The notes beneath the pieces were generated by a model. That model was not told the origin of the DNA and did no database searches. It saw only the letters and a program-made list of their open reading frames with translations. Positions 24,101 through 36,400 of a stretch of DNA of 64,000 bases are shown here, piece by piece. The translations under genes were made by a program, and so were the position numbers. This DNA is from Perkinsus chesapeaki ATCC PRA-425. Taxonomy: Eukaryota > Protista > Perkinsozoa. How positions within the stretch are numbered: position 1 is the stretch's first letter; each line of letters opens with the position of its first letter. The DNA lies in contig JAAPAO010000100.1 in NCBI GenBank assembly GCA_013115145.1, positions 14,364-78,363 on the forward strand. The letters are read 5' to 3'.

Positions 24101-25350
24101 TACGAACGACGTAGCTAGCGTGTGTCTCCAAACGAATGCATGTGCACGCACAAGTCATAACTCATCAGCCAAGTGTGAAAATGTAATAAGTCAAAAGTGC
24201 GTTCGACAAGGGAAGGGAGCTAAGACACAGAACACTATGTCAGCTATTCCTCAGCTATCAAGCACCTCATGATAAAGATGAAGATAGCAGTTTGTAGATC
24301 ACCTGACGCTCTCGAATGGCCCCGGCATCGCAGAGAGGCTGAGTTAGAGATTGTCTGAGAAGTCGTCTTCCTCCCGACGTCGAGCACGAGAAAAGCTGCT
24401 GTAAGTAGAGCAGGTTCTCATCACTCCTCCCCTTCGAGCCAGTTTGAGGGGAGTAATTAGCATATGGGACCACCTGCTCCCAAAAGACAGTGTAACCGAA
24501 AAGCAGATCACCAGCAGGGATCACCAGCATCAGCGCTCTGATAGTATGCGAATCGAGGGAGAGGACACTCTGACTTTCCATGGCTGTGATCATTAAGGAG
24601 TCCATCCTTAATCGGTAATCCGTATGGCCGTTGATGAAGGACACAAGAGCTCCCAGCGAAGCTATTGAAACGTGGTACGAGCTAAAGCAGGACAGTTAGA
24701 GAGACGACGTGGGATTCCATCTTGCCTCGGGTCTATTTTAACGCAGTGGGATACACGTTTGGCCTTCTCCATAATCTCTCGGCCTGATACTTCACAGAAC
24801 GACCTTCTGGGCACGGTAACAATCTCACCAAACCCCTCCGTCTCGAGGAACGTCCGAACCTATTCCGGAGGAACAAAGCTACGATGTAGGGAGCGACCGA
24901 GGCATCATCACCTGAGCGAGAAGCGAACTGCAGATTTTGCAAGCTCGATTGTCTCCCGATTTTGCACCATCCTGTTTAGGAACGAGATCATCACACATTA
25001 GCACGATGCTTGGTGGGCAGCCTATGAGGGCTTTCTTCGTAGTGAGGTAGTTTGGGCTATCATGATACTGGTACAGGCAAACTCGAGTAGGAGAGTTCCT
25101 GACAAGTAGATTATAGAGTCCATGTAACCAATGAGGCTTGAAGGATCTAGCAGCTTGCTGCTCACCTCCCACAGATAGCCAAGCCGATCTCTCGTGGTTC
25201 GGCAGTTCTATGGAAACCGAAGGAGTCAGCCTCGAATATAGCTATCATGTACGACTCGGCTACGCTATGATCAGTAACGCTCATCGAGGCACTCGTCCTA
25301 GTGCCTGCTGGGCATTGAGAAAATACTAACGGTTGATGACTTACCACGAC
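21162..25350 (-). CDS. MSH4: MutS homolog 4 (meiotic), multi-exon; the 5' end may extend to about 25790
   Basis: Walker A ITASNGAGKSTYL, SSFSSEMTEL, Walker B LVLLDELGRGTS, STHF, YGVELC. The N-terminus MIAIFEA...REIGLA...LYQYHDSPNY matches the MSH4 connector with no mismatch-binding domain. CSTSGGRRLLRQSLTQPL core motif. Confidence 0.8.
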
Positions 25351-26129
25351 TTCTAGTAGGTCTTGATCGCTTGCTGCACTCTGATCGCGGGGGTGCAGGT
25401 AACGAAGCGCAAAGGATGCTCCTTCCCTGAGTTCGTTGTAGTATCAGCAACAAATCTCGTCAGATTCAATACATTATTCTCCATTTTGTCGCTGGTATCG
25501 AATGATCCTACAGATTCTGCTCGTAAACCAGAACATTCGTTCCAGCAAGATGATATGCTAGAGCTTGCAGAGGAAAACGAAGTTCGATTGGACCACATCA
25601 GCGATCTGTGATCCGATGGCTTGATAGATAAGACTTGGAGTTAAAAAGGCTGAAGAGGCACAGCATGACTCAAAATCCCGGGAACTCTTCGTTAATTCTG
25701 ATAATACGTGTATTCTCCCCTTGAGAATCTGAACTAGCGCAACTCGAGAGCGGTGTGGCTCGAGAATAACTCCCTCATTGCTGGAATACATCTCCAATTC
25801 TATACTTGTGTTTCACGGCCAGTGTTACGTCAAACAAAGCTAGTATAGCCCTATGATGGGGCGGAAATCGGCCCGCAGCGAGTAAAGGCGCGGCATGTTC
25901 ACGTCGGAACGACTCAGCGGGCACCGCCCGCGTATCGGCCGCTTCTCAGAGGACGCTCACAACCTCATACCGCGGCCATTTCGTTCGTGTTCGTGCTTAT
26001 TATAAGAGCTTGACTGCTTGGGGCGAAGCATCGGGCCCCTAACTCGACACGGTTCAGCACATCATGGGATTGAACCAACGCAAATGAGGAAATAGTGTGT
26101 AGGTTATCAGGAGCCATGCAACCATTGAG

Positions 26130-28673
26130 TCACATTATCAACACCAGGCTGGAATATTCTGCCTGTAGTGTCCCAATTCCACCACAGTCCTGATACCTCC
26201 TCCATGATGGCCGTACAGACAGTCTTTGGTATCTTGTAGGAAGAAGTAGTACAATAGAACGCCGGAAAAATATGGGTGCTTTACTTTTACTAATATCACG
26301 TATGGTACTTTGAAGTGAATCATAAGCATGAAGATGCACCCAAGCGCGAACTGCTGTAGCCAAGACATGTTCGCAAATCGATGAAGCCCTAGAAGTTGAA
26401 GTGCTGCAGCACTCTCTGAATGAACAAAGGTCACATGGGTGTCTTTGCCGCAGACTGTTCTCGGTTTCCTCTCGAAAATTCTCCATCTCCTCGACACACC
26501 TGACCACATATATTCTGGTCCACCGGTTTGAAGACTTACTCCTGAACTCTGCGCTGGCTCATCCTATGTTGAATAGTTCGAGCACACTCTTTTGCCTACT
26601 TGAATCACTTCAGGCATCTCGGGTACCTCTACAGTACCGCCATGTCCACCTCTTCGGTCGTACGGAGTGCCCCAGTCTCTTTTAGATAATCAAACCTTTT
26701 GAGTTCCTCGAATACCTTATGAAATACAGCTTAACGATGATGAGCTAACGATCAGTGAGCTACAATAGGATCTGTTATATCTAAACCGAACCTTTCCTTC
26801 ACCTCTTTGCAGACCGAATCATCAACCTTATCAATATCGGATAACAGGAATGGCTGAAGTGAGCAAAACAAGAGTCAACATCCGAATCCTTGGTTTGTCG
26901 TTTGCTAGCCATGTGAGTGCAATAAAAGGCTGATGACATTATCGCCTCACCTTACTATCCTCTTGTGTCTCGCACGACTGCGTATATTGTTTCTCCTTCC
27001 TCCGGAGCTAAAAGCGGTGTCATACGCTCCCTCTCAGCCTCAGCTGGAATGTGAACCTTCTTGATATATTCATTCATGGACTTGGCATTCTCTATCTCGC
27101 CATTATTCTGGTAAATATCCCTTAACACAAAAGAACCCGATTATAGAACGCTCACTTTAGCCACTTACCTCAGAAGCTGCGCCTCCTTCAAACGGGCTTC
27201 AACCGCGGTATGAAGTTCTGATACTTCTGTAACCTTTACGTGAAACAGCATCGGAAAATAGAGAAAAAGAACAGTGCAAGGGGTTCTCAATTTCAGCTAT
27301 GAAAAGTTTTCATTGAAAACGCTTATAACTGCGATCATATCAATCATATATATCGTATATGGCAACTCTCAGCGAAAGGTTTTCGGACTATCTCGGTCCA
27401 GAGAGAGCAGTTCAAGTATTGCTTACGGTCTCCAGCGGTACAGAAACACTTTCATTTATTTGTACATCCTCATCTGAAGTAAGAAGGGTTCCCCGGTCTG
27501 AAATATCTCGCTCTACCCCATTTCGAGGTCGACAGAACTAGGCTCGGCTCTTACTGCACCATCCCGAGTATGTCTTCTTTTCATTTCTTCGTTGATTCAA
27601 GCGCTCGGAGCGCAGCTCCCTCAGCAGCGCCGACACCTCCTGAGAAGAGAGTGGCTCCGATCCAGCCCTTGCAGCCCACTGAGTTATCAGGTTCTATCTC
27701 TTGTGCCTTCGACAGGTCCCTGATAGCACTCTCAACCTCCTCAGCCCCACTTGAGGGTGGTAAGATTAGACACTTTGCTCGTCTGATAGAGCAGTGCTCT
27801 AATAACAGTGTACCCCTCGACGACTGCGCCACCTATATAGAGCCTTCACGTTGCACTTGTCTAGCTCCAACACAACATCGCATGTCCGGCGGGCCTCAGG
27901 GAGCATGTCAGTGCCTACTTCAACTGCACTAGCAGGAGGTAAGCCACATTTGAACATACCCAGCTTCATCTGGCACATAGCGATGTTGCTGTAGCATTGA
28001 ACTCTCAGGTCTTTAATCAGTGACTGCTCTTCTTCACCTACTCCTACACTCTCACGGGAATCAAAGAAGCTTGTCACTCTCGCCAATATCAGATATAATT
28101 TCGATGTAGTCGTCATTCAGACCTTCACTGCGCCAGTTCGGGTTTAGTATCCGAGCATAGTAGAAGAGGCCAGCAGCCCTGGCGTATCTGAGGTACCCAG
28201 TCTAGTGTCTATCGTAGGCCTTAAGAGCTCACTGGTTCATGGCAAGGTGATAATCTCCTTTCCTGAAGTATTCCGTTCCTTCAGTCTTCATCCTGCATCA
28301 CACCCACGTCAACTGCCATTTATCCACTATTGGCTCACCTTCTGGCCACCATTAACCTTTTCTTATACGGTAGCGCCCGGAGCTCTTCAAAGATTTCTCC
28401 CTCGTTTTCAATGATACTATGTATTCTATTATCTGATGGTCAGCGCCATTTCATTGTCTTTCACTGCTGACCCGACCTGGTTGCTCTTGCCCCATGAACG
28501 CAGTTTGTTGGAGTAGCACCGGCCAGGATTCGAACCTGTGCTCACTTCCACCCTGCTAGTGCTCGGTTTCTCCTGACCTCTTCCGCCTCGCGCTGGATTG
28601 TGCTCCCTTTATTCTGGCGGCTTCGGCCACAATCTTTCCGAACGAGGTTTCTTCCATCTCGAAAGATCTTCAT
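26130..28673 (-). CDS. TPR-repeat co-chaperone-like protein with coiled-coil C-terminus, multi-exon
   Basis: KTEGTEYFRKGDYHLAMNQ|YARAAG; LRVQCYSNIAMCQMKLG; EARRTCDVVLELDKCNVKALYR|RAKCL; AIRDLSKAQEIEPDNS. Ends approximate. Confidence 0.7.
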
Positions 28674-28786
28674 TGAGTACTCGAATTAACACCACACCAT
28701 GGTTCGCTGACAACAACGTCTGTGGCTCATGGCAAGCCTTACGATAACACAATTTCAAGGAGGGGAACGGCTTGCTCAAGGGCAAG

Positions 28787-31122
28787 TCAATCAACAGCAA
28801 CTACCGACGGAGGAACGAAATTCGTTCCCACAACGTTCACTTGTATATTGCAGTAAAGTATATGCGGAAAGCGATGAAGGAGGGAAGGAAGACCGAGTCA
28901 TGCCTTTGTGGGTGGTAGAATTAAAGCACCCTTCTCATCAGACAGATCTTGCTGGTAATCCAGCCATTGAACTGCACAGGCATCCAGTGACTTATGCTTC
29001 ACATCAGCTGGTAGGGGTAAGGCGACAACTGAGGAGACGGATTCGACGCCAAGCCAAGAGGAAGATGCCTCCTACCTGTACAAACCGCGAAGAGGCTGGC
29101 CAGGAGCACTGAGAAGGGCCATGTCCGGATGTGATTCCCGGGAAGTTGCTCGTGCATCATATCGTCACTAACGCGCCCCAAGGCTTCGAATGCCAGCGGG
29201 ACCTGGCAGATCACGAGTCACCTAAGGCGGAGTTCTGCCAGTGTCGTCCTACCACTGCGGCTCCGATCCTGCCCCAACTGACACAGAAACCCGAACCTGT
29301 AGTGCGGCAAAACGCAGGGTAAACCTGAAGGAGGCTTGAACAAGGCGAGCTACTGTGATGGTTTTACGTGAGGAATGTAGATGTAGACTGTACTGAGGAA
29401 GGGCTGGCTCAATAGGTTGTAGAGGAAGGCCAGCAGAAGACCGATGACGGGCGTCGCGAGGTCCAGAGTTATCATGCTGAGACTCTAAAGGACAAAGCAT
29501 CTCCCAGCGCAGAGAATGGTGAGGGCTCACTAGTAGCGCCGAGACGAATGCAGAGATGACGATGACCCCTCTTAAGCCAATGGGGAAGTTATCGATGACA
29601 ACGAGGCAAGACAAGGCATCACCGATGACCCCTGCTATGGTAACGAGATATAGCGACAGGGCCGGGCTAGGGCCACCAGCAGCATCCCAACCTGAGGAGA
29701 TGTAAGACAGGAACATCTCAGACAGGGGTACCTCGCTCGGCCATCTGGCGAAGGGCGATAGGCAGCATGTACGAGACGCCAACAAAGGCAAAGTTGCCAG
29801 TGAAGGTAAGGAAGCATAACGCTGCAGTGACCCAGCCGGTACCTGGCAAGGACCTTCGACAACAGGGCTACCGTAGAACTCACGGTCAGCAAATATGCCT
29901 GATAGTCGGCCACCAAAGGAACGGTTATCCTCGTCTATAGGTATGTCAGCAAGCATTATTGCCGTCTGGAAGGAAAATGGTCTTGGCGGAGAAGCGGCGA
30001 GCCGACTCACCTCATCGAGACGGGCTAGGTTCTCTGAAGTACCATTGCCTCTGGCCATGTCCTTCAATAGGGTCACTAGATCATCCATCCGCTGATGACA
30101 TAACAGGTAGTACGGTGATTCCCGCAGCAGGCAACTGCAAGAGATGGTAAGACGGCGAGGATTCCAAAGCATTCGGACATGGCAAATGGTAGACATGCTG
30201 TGGCCGGTATGATAGAAAGTCCGCTAACCCAGCGCCAGTTGTTGCCATGTAGCCTCAGGTCGGGCATCAGCCACCAGAGCAATGTCTGAAGGAGGCAGGC
30301 AATTCACAGGTATAACAGAAGACAAGGAAACTTACAGTAACGAGGAGCTGCCCCGCGGAGAACATGCTCAGGATGAACGCCACGACCAGGTTGCGCTTGG
30401 TCGAAGGGGTGCACTCTAATAGTAGAGCAAGCGTGCTGGGGGTCACCACACCTGACAAGGAGAGATGGAGCTGGTAGTAGTAGGAGGTGGGGGTTTACCA
30501 TAGGCAAGCCCGACAAAGATCCTTGAGATAACCAAAGTATCGACTGAGTTGGCGAATGCTGATAATACCCCTGCCAGTACCATAACGATGTAACTAAGAG
30601 GGGGTATTGACAAGACAATTTAAGGAAGGAGTGGTACGATATCAGTATAGCAGGCCTTCTGCCTAGACCGTCGGCCAGTTGACCAGCGATGAGGCTACCT
30701 AGCAGTACCCCTACAAAGGGCACGGATACCTGAGCACATACGGCCTGAGACGGCCGAGAATCGGAGGAAATGGCGGACCAAGAAGCCCCTGATCCAATTA
30801 GAGAAATGCCACTCTTCTTGAAGTGCCTGGAGGATACTCGACATCAGCACTACTTCAGCACCGTCCTGCATTTGCCTGATGTCCGACGATGGCATAACAA
30901 AGCCCCGAGGGTATGTAGTGCTCACATTCCGCTAACTGCTATCATCATCTTCCAGTGGGACCACCCGAACCCGACTTCATCAACCCAATAGTTCAACCGT
31001 TGAGGCATCATCACTGACGGGTAGCTTTGATTCGATTTCCGAGTTGGGTACGAGCCAGTGCCGCCATCGTGGTCCGAGAGGGCAGCAGGCTCGGTGCGGT
31101 ATAGGTCCCATGAGTCCGCCAT
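28787..31122 (-). CDS. MFS transporter (SV2/sugar-porter-like), multi-exon
   Basis: VDEVGFGWSHWKMM; DGAEVVLMS; motif A GQLADGLGRRPAIL; LLLECTPSTKR; WRWV; LRESPYYL. The 3' end is uncertain. Confidence 0.8.
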
Positions 31123-31798
31123 GGTACCAACTATGGATGGAAGCTCATGAATTGACAGCGCAACAGTTGAGTTGGTGGATATAGTAGTGCAGAGATAGCA
31201 ATAGGTTACTGTGGGGTTTATTACCGTAATCACATCTACGACATGATTGGTACTAGAGATCGTCTGCTAAGCTTCAATTGAGATGCACACCGAATAGCTT
31301 TGGCATACCAAAGCTGCTAATATGTGTAGGTGCTTCTAAGGGCACCGCTCTACCACTGCGACGAGCCCGATAGAAAGCCAAACCTCGGACATAACAGTGC
31401 GCGAGTTTAATCAGTGTGGAATAGCTACAACCCCAAAGACGCTTGTCACTCTCTCGTGGGCCTTGATAGGTAAATGAGTCTGCGTGTACTGCCGAAAGGC
31501 AATCATGCACCGGAAGTGAACGAGACAGCGCAAGCTGCGCTGGGACCTAAAAAAATGACCATTGGCCCTTGCTAACAAATAGTGTTTGACTGGTGAGTGG
31601 CCAATCGAACACTAGTCCGTAGCGAGCTTATCATACAGTACGAAGCGTTCAACACACTGTGAAGCCACTGCGTGCCGCTCAACTAGAATGTTCATTCATC
31701 AGGCCGCAACCCGCGCTCTGATAATCGATCAGAATGGCGAGCGCTATTAACGTTTGCCGGTCCATCGGCAGAAGCAACAGTCGTCATCCATATCGAAC

Positions 31799-32995
31799 AT
31801 GACTACAATGATGACAACTGGCCGGTGGGCTGACGAGGATCCTATCTCTCCAAGTAACAGAGAGATACCTCAACCATCCGAAACGGACATCGGTAAGGCC
31901 TATTCTAAAGCTGCCGCTGCAGTGTATGTTGGATCAGATCCTGAAACAGGGCTTAAGACTATTACCGAGTACGAAGAGAGAGATGGTGCTGTTTATAAGA
32001 TAAACAGGGTTGTTAAAGTCACCACTGTTAGGGTTACATGTAGCAAGGCGGAGGCTGACAGGTAGTCTAGAGAGGGCATCGAACCGACCTCTAAGGTATC
32101 TTTATAGGCGAAGACGATGGACGCCTTTTGGCAAGGCAGTAGAAACCAGCAAAAACAATACATTTGCGAATCGGACTGAGGACGAGATCCTTCTAGAGCC
32201 GAGCAAGCTCACTGGTGCCAGCGCCGCCGCCGCCGAAAACGATGATGGCGATGAGCAAGAGAAGTTCTGGGCAGCCAGTGTGGACCAGGTAGTAGCAGTT
32301 TGGGGGATGAGATAGGCCATGGCTGACTGGGGACAGGTTCTCGGACTTAATAAGAAGAAGGCTAGCGTGTGGACCAAGTTCCGCGGGGATGGGGAGCCGG
32401 GCGAGGGTGAAGGAGAGGGAGATAAGGAAGCGATACCGGTAGGAATAGATTTGGCCAAGTCCACCGCTATACGTGCTAAATACAGCTACGTGTACACGCC
32501 CCTGGACGGTACGTTCCGCCGAACCAGCGTGGCATCCCTGGTGGAGCCAGACCATTTGATCAGCAGAAGGATAGGGATGAGCATACATTACGGTGAGGAT
32601 GCATGCTTGCCGGTTGCCCAGTGTTACGTGTCGGCTCAGTGTATCCAATCTCTCTGAGGATGTCGGTGATGGTGATCTCCAACAACTGTTCTCTACTGCG
32701 GGTCGCGTACAGAGGATCTATCTTGGTAAGGATTTATTGGCTTTATCCTATGTAAGGTCTGATGTGTCAGCTCGTAACCCGGAGACAGGCTTATCCAAGG
32801 GATTTGCATTCGTTACCTACTACAATAAGAGGGATGCCGAGAGAGCTCTTGAGAAGCTCAACGGTCACGGGTAGGGTATAAGCCCCCCTGCTTCGCTTGC
32901 ATTGCCTGCTTAGTTACGATAATCTCATCCTCAAGCTCGATTGGGCTAAGCCAGCTCAACCTAAGGGTGACCGCCCTCCTCCTCCTCGCCGTTAG
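31799..32995 (+). CDS. eIF3g: Translation initiation factor 3 subunit G
   Basis: RWADED N-terminus; KTITEYEERDGAVYKINRV; RRRWTPFGK; RRM VSNLSEDV...KGFAFVTY...LNGHG|YDNLILKLDWAKP. Confidence 0.93.
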
Positions 32996-33047
32996 GCAAT
33001 ACGTCCCTCTCTCTGGTGTACGATACCCTTCTACCACCTTGTCAGCG

Positions 33048-35486
33048 ATGAAGTCTCTATGGCGGATGAGCCTCCAGAAGACGTTGCAGCAGCATCAGTC
33101 GTTGCGTTCCTTCTCCTCCTCCACCCCCTTCTCGTTGTCTAAACCTGTGGAGTTTTATGTCGACTCAATACCTCTGGGGGATCTATCTCTACCGACAGTA
33201 TTTCCTATCACGTCATGACAGCCCCTTCGCCCGATGGAGCTCCTGTGATAACCCCGGATGCCAGTAGGAATAGATACTGCGGACGACGTAGGATAACGAA
33301 TAATTCTGGTCAGCACCGTCTCCACGATCAAGCCCGATGGAAAGGGCGACAGCACCGTTGGTCTCGACGTCCCTCCATGCGCAAGCTGGTCCTCTGATGA
33401 TCGGTATTGCTGGCGGCACTGCCAGCGGTAAAACCGAAACAGCGATGGAGATAGCATCACAGCTTAACCTGCATGAGGACTTGGAGGTTAGCTCTGGCGC
33501 ATTTGGGAAAGGAAGATGTGCTGTATTGGTAGGTAATACATCAGTCCTCTTTTTATAAAGATGCGAGGGCGTATCCAGAGGTTAACGATGAAAACTACAA
33601 CTTCGACCATCCAGATGCGGTAGGGACTTCGGGAAGGCTGGCGAGGTGGAGGTGTGCGGCTGTTTAGTTCGATTATGATTTAATGATCCGGACGCTGGTG
33701 GATCTGAAGAAGGGCAAGAGCGTTTACATCCCTCATTATGATATGAGAACGAGGCTACGAAATGACAAGTCGGTGGAGGAGGGGGGATTCGAACCTCTGC
33801 GGGAAATGGTGTGCTGGGTTCAGGGCTCGCAGAGTCTCGGGCGTCCACGTTGTTATTTTCGAGGGCATCTTTGCCATTTACTGGAAGGCCGTGAGGGACC
33901 TATTGGATCTAAGGCAGGCAGCAGCAGCTTCACCCGCTCTGATGTTCTTCCCACTTCCCTCTCTATCAGATTGTTCATCCACTGTGATGATGACACTCGG
34001 CTCTCGAGGCGCCTGGTTAGGGATGTTAAGGGGATGGGGGAGAGTGTCGAGTCTGTAATATCAAAGTAAGGAGGAGCAATGAGATAACTGGCGGAGAGCT
34101 GGACGGACGCGGCGACGGCGGCGCTTAGGTATCTGAGCACGATCAAGCTGTCTCACGAGCGATACCTGAAGCCGTGTATGAAATACGCCGATCTCATCAT
34201 ACCTGATGGCGTCGAGAACGTGATAGCACTGCAGGCAATAGTACAGGTTATCAGACTGCAGCTGATGGCCAGGGGGCTACTCAGCTTCCATAGGACGCTG
34301 GCCGATGTGGTAATAAGTGGGGTCGTAAAGAAGAGGACTCTCGTGGTGGTAGGCTTGAACGAGAGCTCCTCGGCGTTACAGTGCTGCCACGGGGGAGGGT
34401 AATACGAACTACTCCTGTTAGGGACCACATGACGACGAGCCACAGCTGATGATTCACGAGTTAAAGTCAAGTGACGAGGTGGCGTATATAACTCGGGTAC
34501 TGAGAAAGCCTCGAGAGCTCCGCAGGGAGTCTCTGCTCTTCTATTGTGATCGTTTGAGCTATCTTATTGTGCGGTACATCGATGGCATTATGTTTGCTGG
34601 GGAGCCCCCTGCCCCTGATCACAGTGAGTCAGTGGTTTACGCCTCCCTTATCGGGTATGGTGATGTTATGGAGTCGGGCGTAAAGCAGCATGACAGGTAA
34701 TAAACGAAGGGTAGCCATTGGTAGTTCCTTAACCCCTCTGTCTCAGGCTTTGCAGCTTCGGTAAGCTAACCGTGCCCCGCTCGCAGCTCACCGCTCGTCG
34801 TCACTTCCTTGCTTCGGGCACTCTAGCTCCACAGACTACCTCACTTGGGGCGGCATCACCAATGTCGGCTTCTGGAAGCGACTGCAATGTGACCATTGGT
34901 ATCACGCCAAAGTTTGCTGGTACGAAAAAATGCAGCTCGCGAGTATCTTGCATGCTTGACCTCAGATCCGCCGGCCCCTCTGCAGCTTCCTGGAGCAGCT
35001 ATGTCATCAGCTAGCCCAATGTGTTCGCCAGTGGGCCGTAGTATCACTATTGATGGTTGTAGTAGTGTTGCTTCCAGTGCTCCGCTGGTTGAGGTGGTTT
35101 ATCTTCCGGCTAGGGCACAGAGCAGTGTAAGTGGTCCTTGGACTTTCTTGCCACCATGGAACTTGTTTTAGATAGTTGTCGTATTGATGGCCGTGCTAGC
35201 TGACCAGGAACTGGCCATTGCCACTGTGAAGGCTTTGCAGGCACAAGGTGTGTCCCCGTCAAGGATCATTATCGCTTGCATGTTTGCGGATGCCGAGATG
35301 TGCAAGAGCACTCTCAGGGCCACTGGAGGCGCCGTGCAGGTAGGCATCACCGATTGGGCTTCATGCCCATCATGCCGCTGTTTTCATCAGGTTGTTGTTG
35401 GCAGCCTTGACGTCACTAACAACGTAGTAGAACTCAGAGGGCTTGAACGTGACTTGTGTACTCGTTACCTTGGTATGGCAGACTGA
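33048..35486 (+). CDS. Uridine kinase / uracil phosphoribosyltransferase-like fusion (UCKL1-like), multi-exon
   Basis: IGIAGGTASGKT P-loop; NYNFDHPDA; VIFEGIF; DTRLSRRLVRD; YADLIIP; then a UPRT-like part (FYCDRLSYLIV...IIIACMFA...RYLG). Confidence 0.85.
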
Positions 35487-35658
35487 CTGAAGTTTCATCC
35501 CCCAATACAAATCGTGTCGCCCCCCTCCACCGTTGTACTTCTTACTACAGTTTCTACCTCTATCTGCATGGCCTTGCGTAAGTGGTGACAGTGGCAGTTT
35601 TGGAGAGTTAGTTGGTGTTGCCGCGGTCCTTGGAGACTGTGTTAAAGCGAACAGCAAA

Positions 35659-35926
35659 ATGATGGCCGCTAATCGACCCAAGGTCACTAGGAACGTAACC
35701 GTCTGCACCATGATGCCTCTACGACGGTGCATAGAGAACCATATGGGCGACATTTCCCAGTGTGTGAAAGAGGTAGGTTGTGGGCCCCGTGGCGGCTCTT
35801 CCCGACGGCCATGGTCAGGTACGAGACTTCGAGAGGACGTGCAATAAGCGGAAGCATTATGTTCATGATCGTGATGGCCTTGATGACTGTCGAAGTGGCC
35901 TTTACGGGTCTAAACAGACTGTATGA
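35659..35926 (+). CDS. Small Cys-helix (CHCH-like) protein, one 46-nt intron
   Basis: Intron 35773-35818 gives ...CTMMPLRRCIENHMGDISQCVKE|VRDFERTCNKRK...*. Confidence 0.5.
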
Positions 35927-36043
35927 TTATATCATCTTAGCGAATCAGTTTACAGAGAGTTGAAGTTTTTGGAAGCCGCCTCAGATTTGGGTTGAAGTGT
36001 TAGGCAGGTGGTGGGTCCGTGGTAGTTCATAGAGGTGTGCACG

Positions 36044-36343
36044 ATGGCGAATCTTGGCGATGTGAAAAACCGAATACCCTCCGATGGTCCTACGGTCAGC
36101 CCTCGTATTGATTTCGCAGAAATTAGAGCAAATGTAGGAGGTCGGGGTGATTCCTTACCTTCAAGGTGGTATCAGGCAACACTGTTCTGGACCCAACTTC
36201 AAGTAGAGTGTGGGCGAATAGATCCCCGCGGGAAGCTCTTCAAGGAGTATCGAGCGTCCCACCGTGACATGTTCCGCCGACTGAATCTAGAGGAGCTGGA
36301 GGAGCTTGTTCTAGAAGCCACTAAGCTCATTGCACAGTATTGA
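36044..36343 (+). CDS. Hypothetical 99-aa protein
   Basis: Open frame with a helical C-terminus; no motif. Confidence 0.4.
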   Translation: MANLGDVKNRIPSDGPTVSPRIDFAEIRANVGGRGDSLPSRWYQATLFWTQLQVECGRIDPRGKLFKEYRASHRDMFRRLNLEELEELVLEATKLIAQY

Positions 36344-36400
36344 CAATACCAATGGAGCTTGTGTTGTAACTCTGTTAAACTGAAGTGAAGTTGTGTATAA

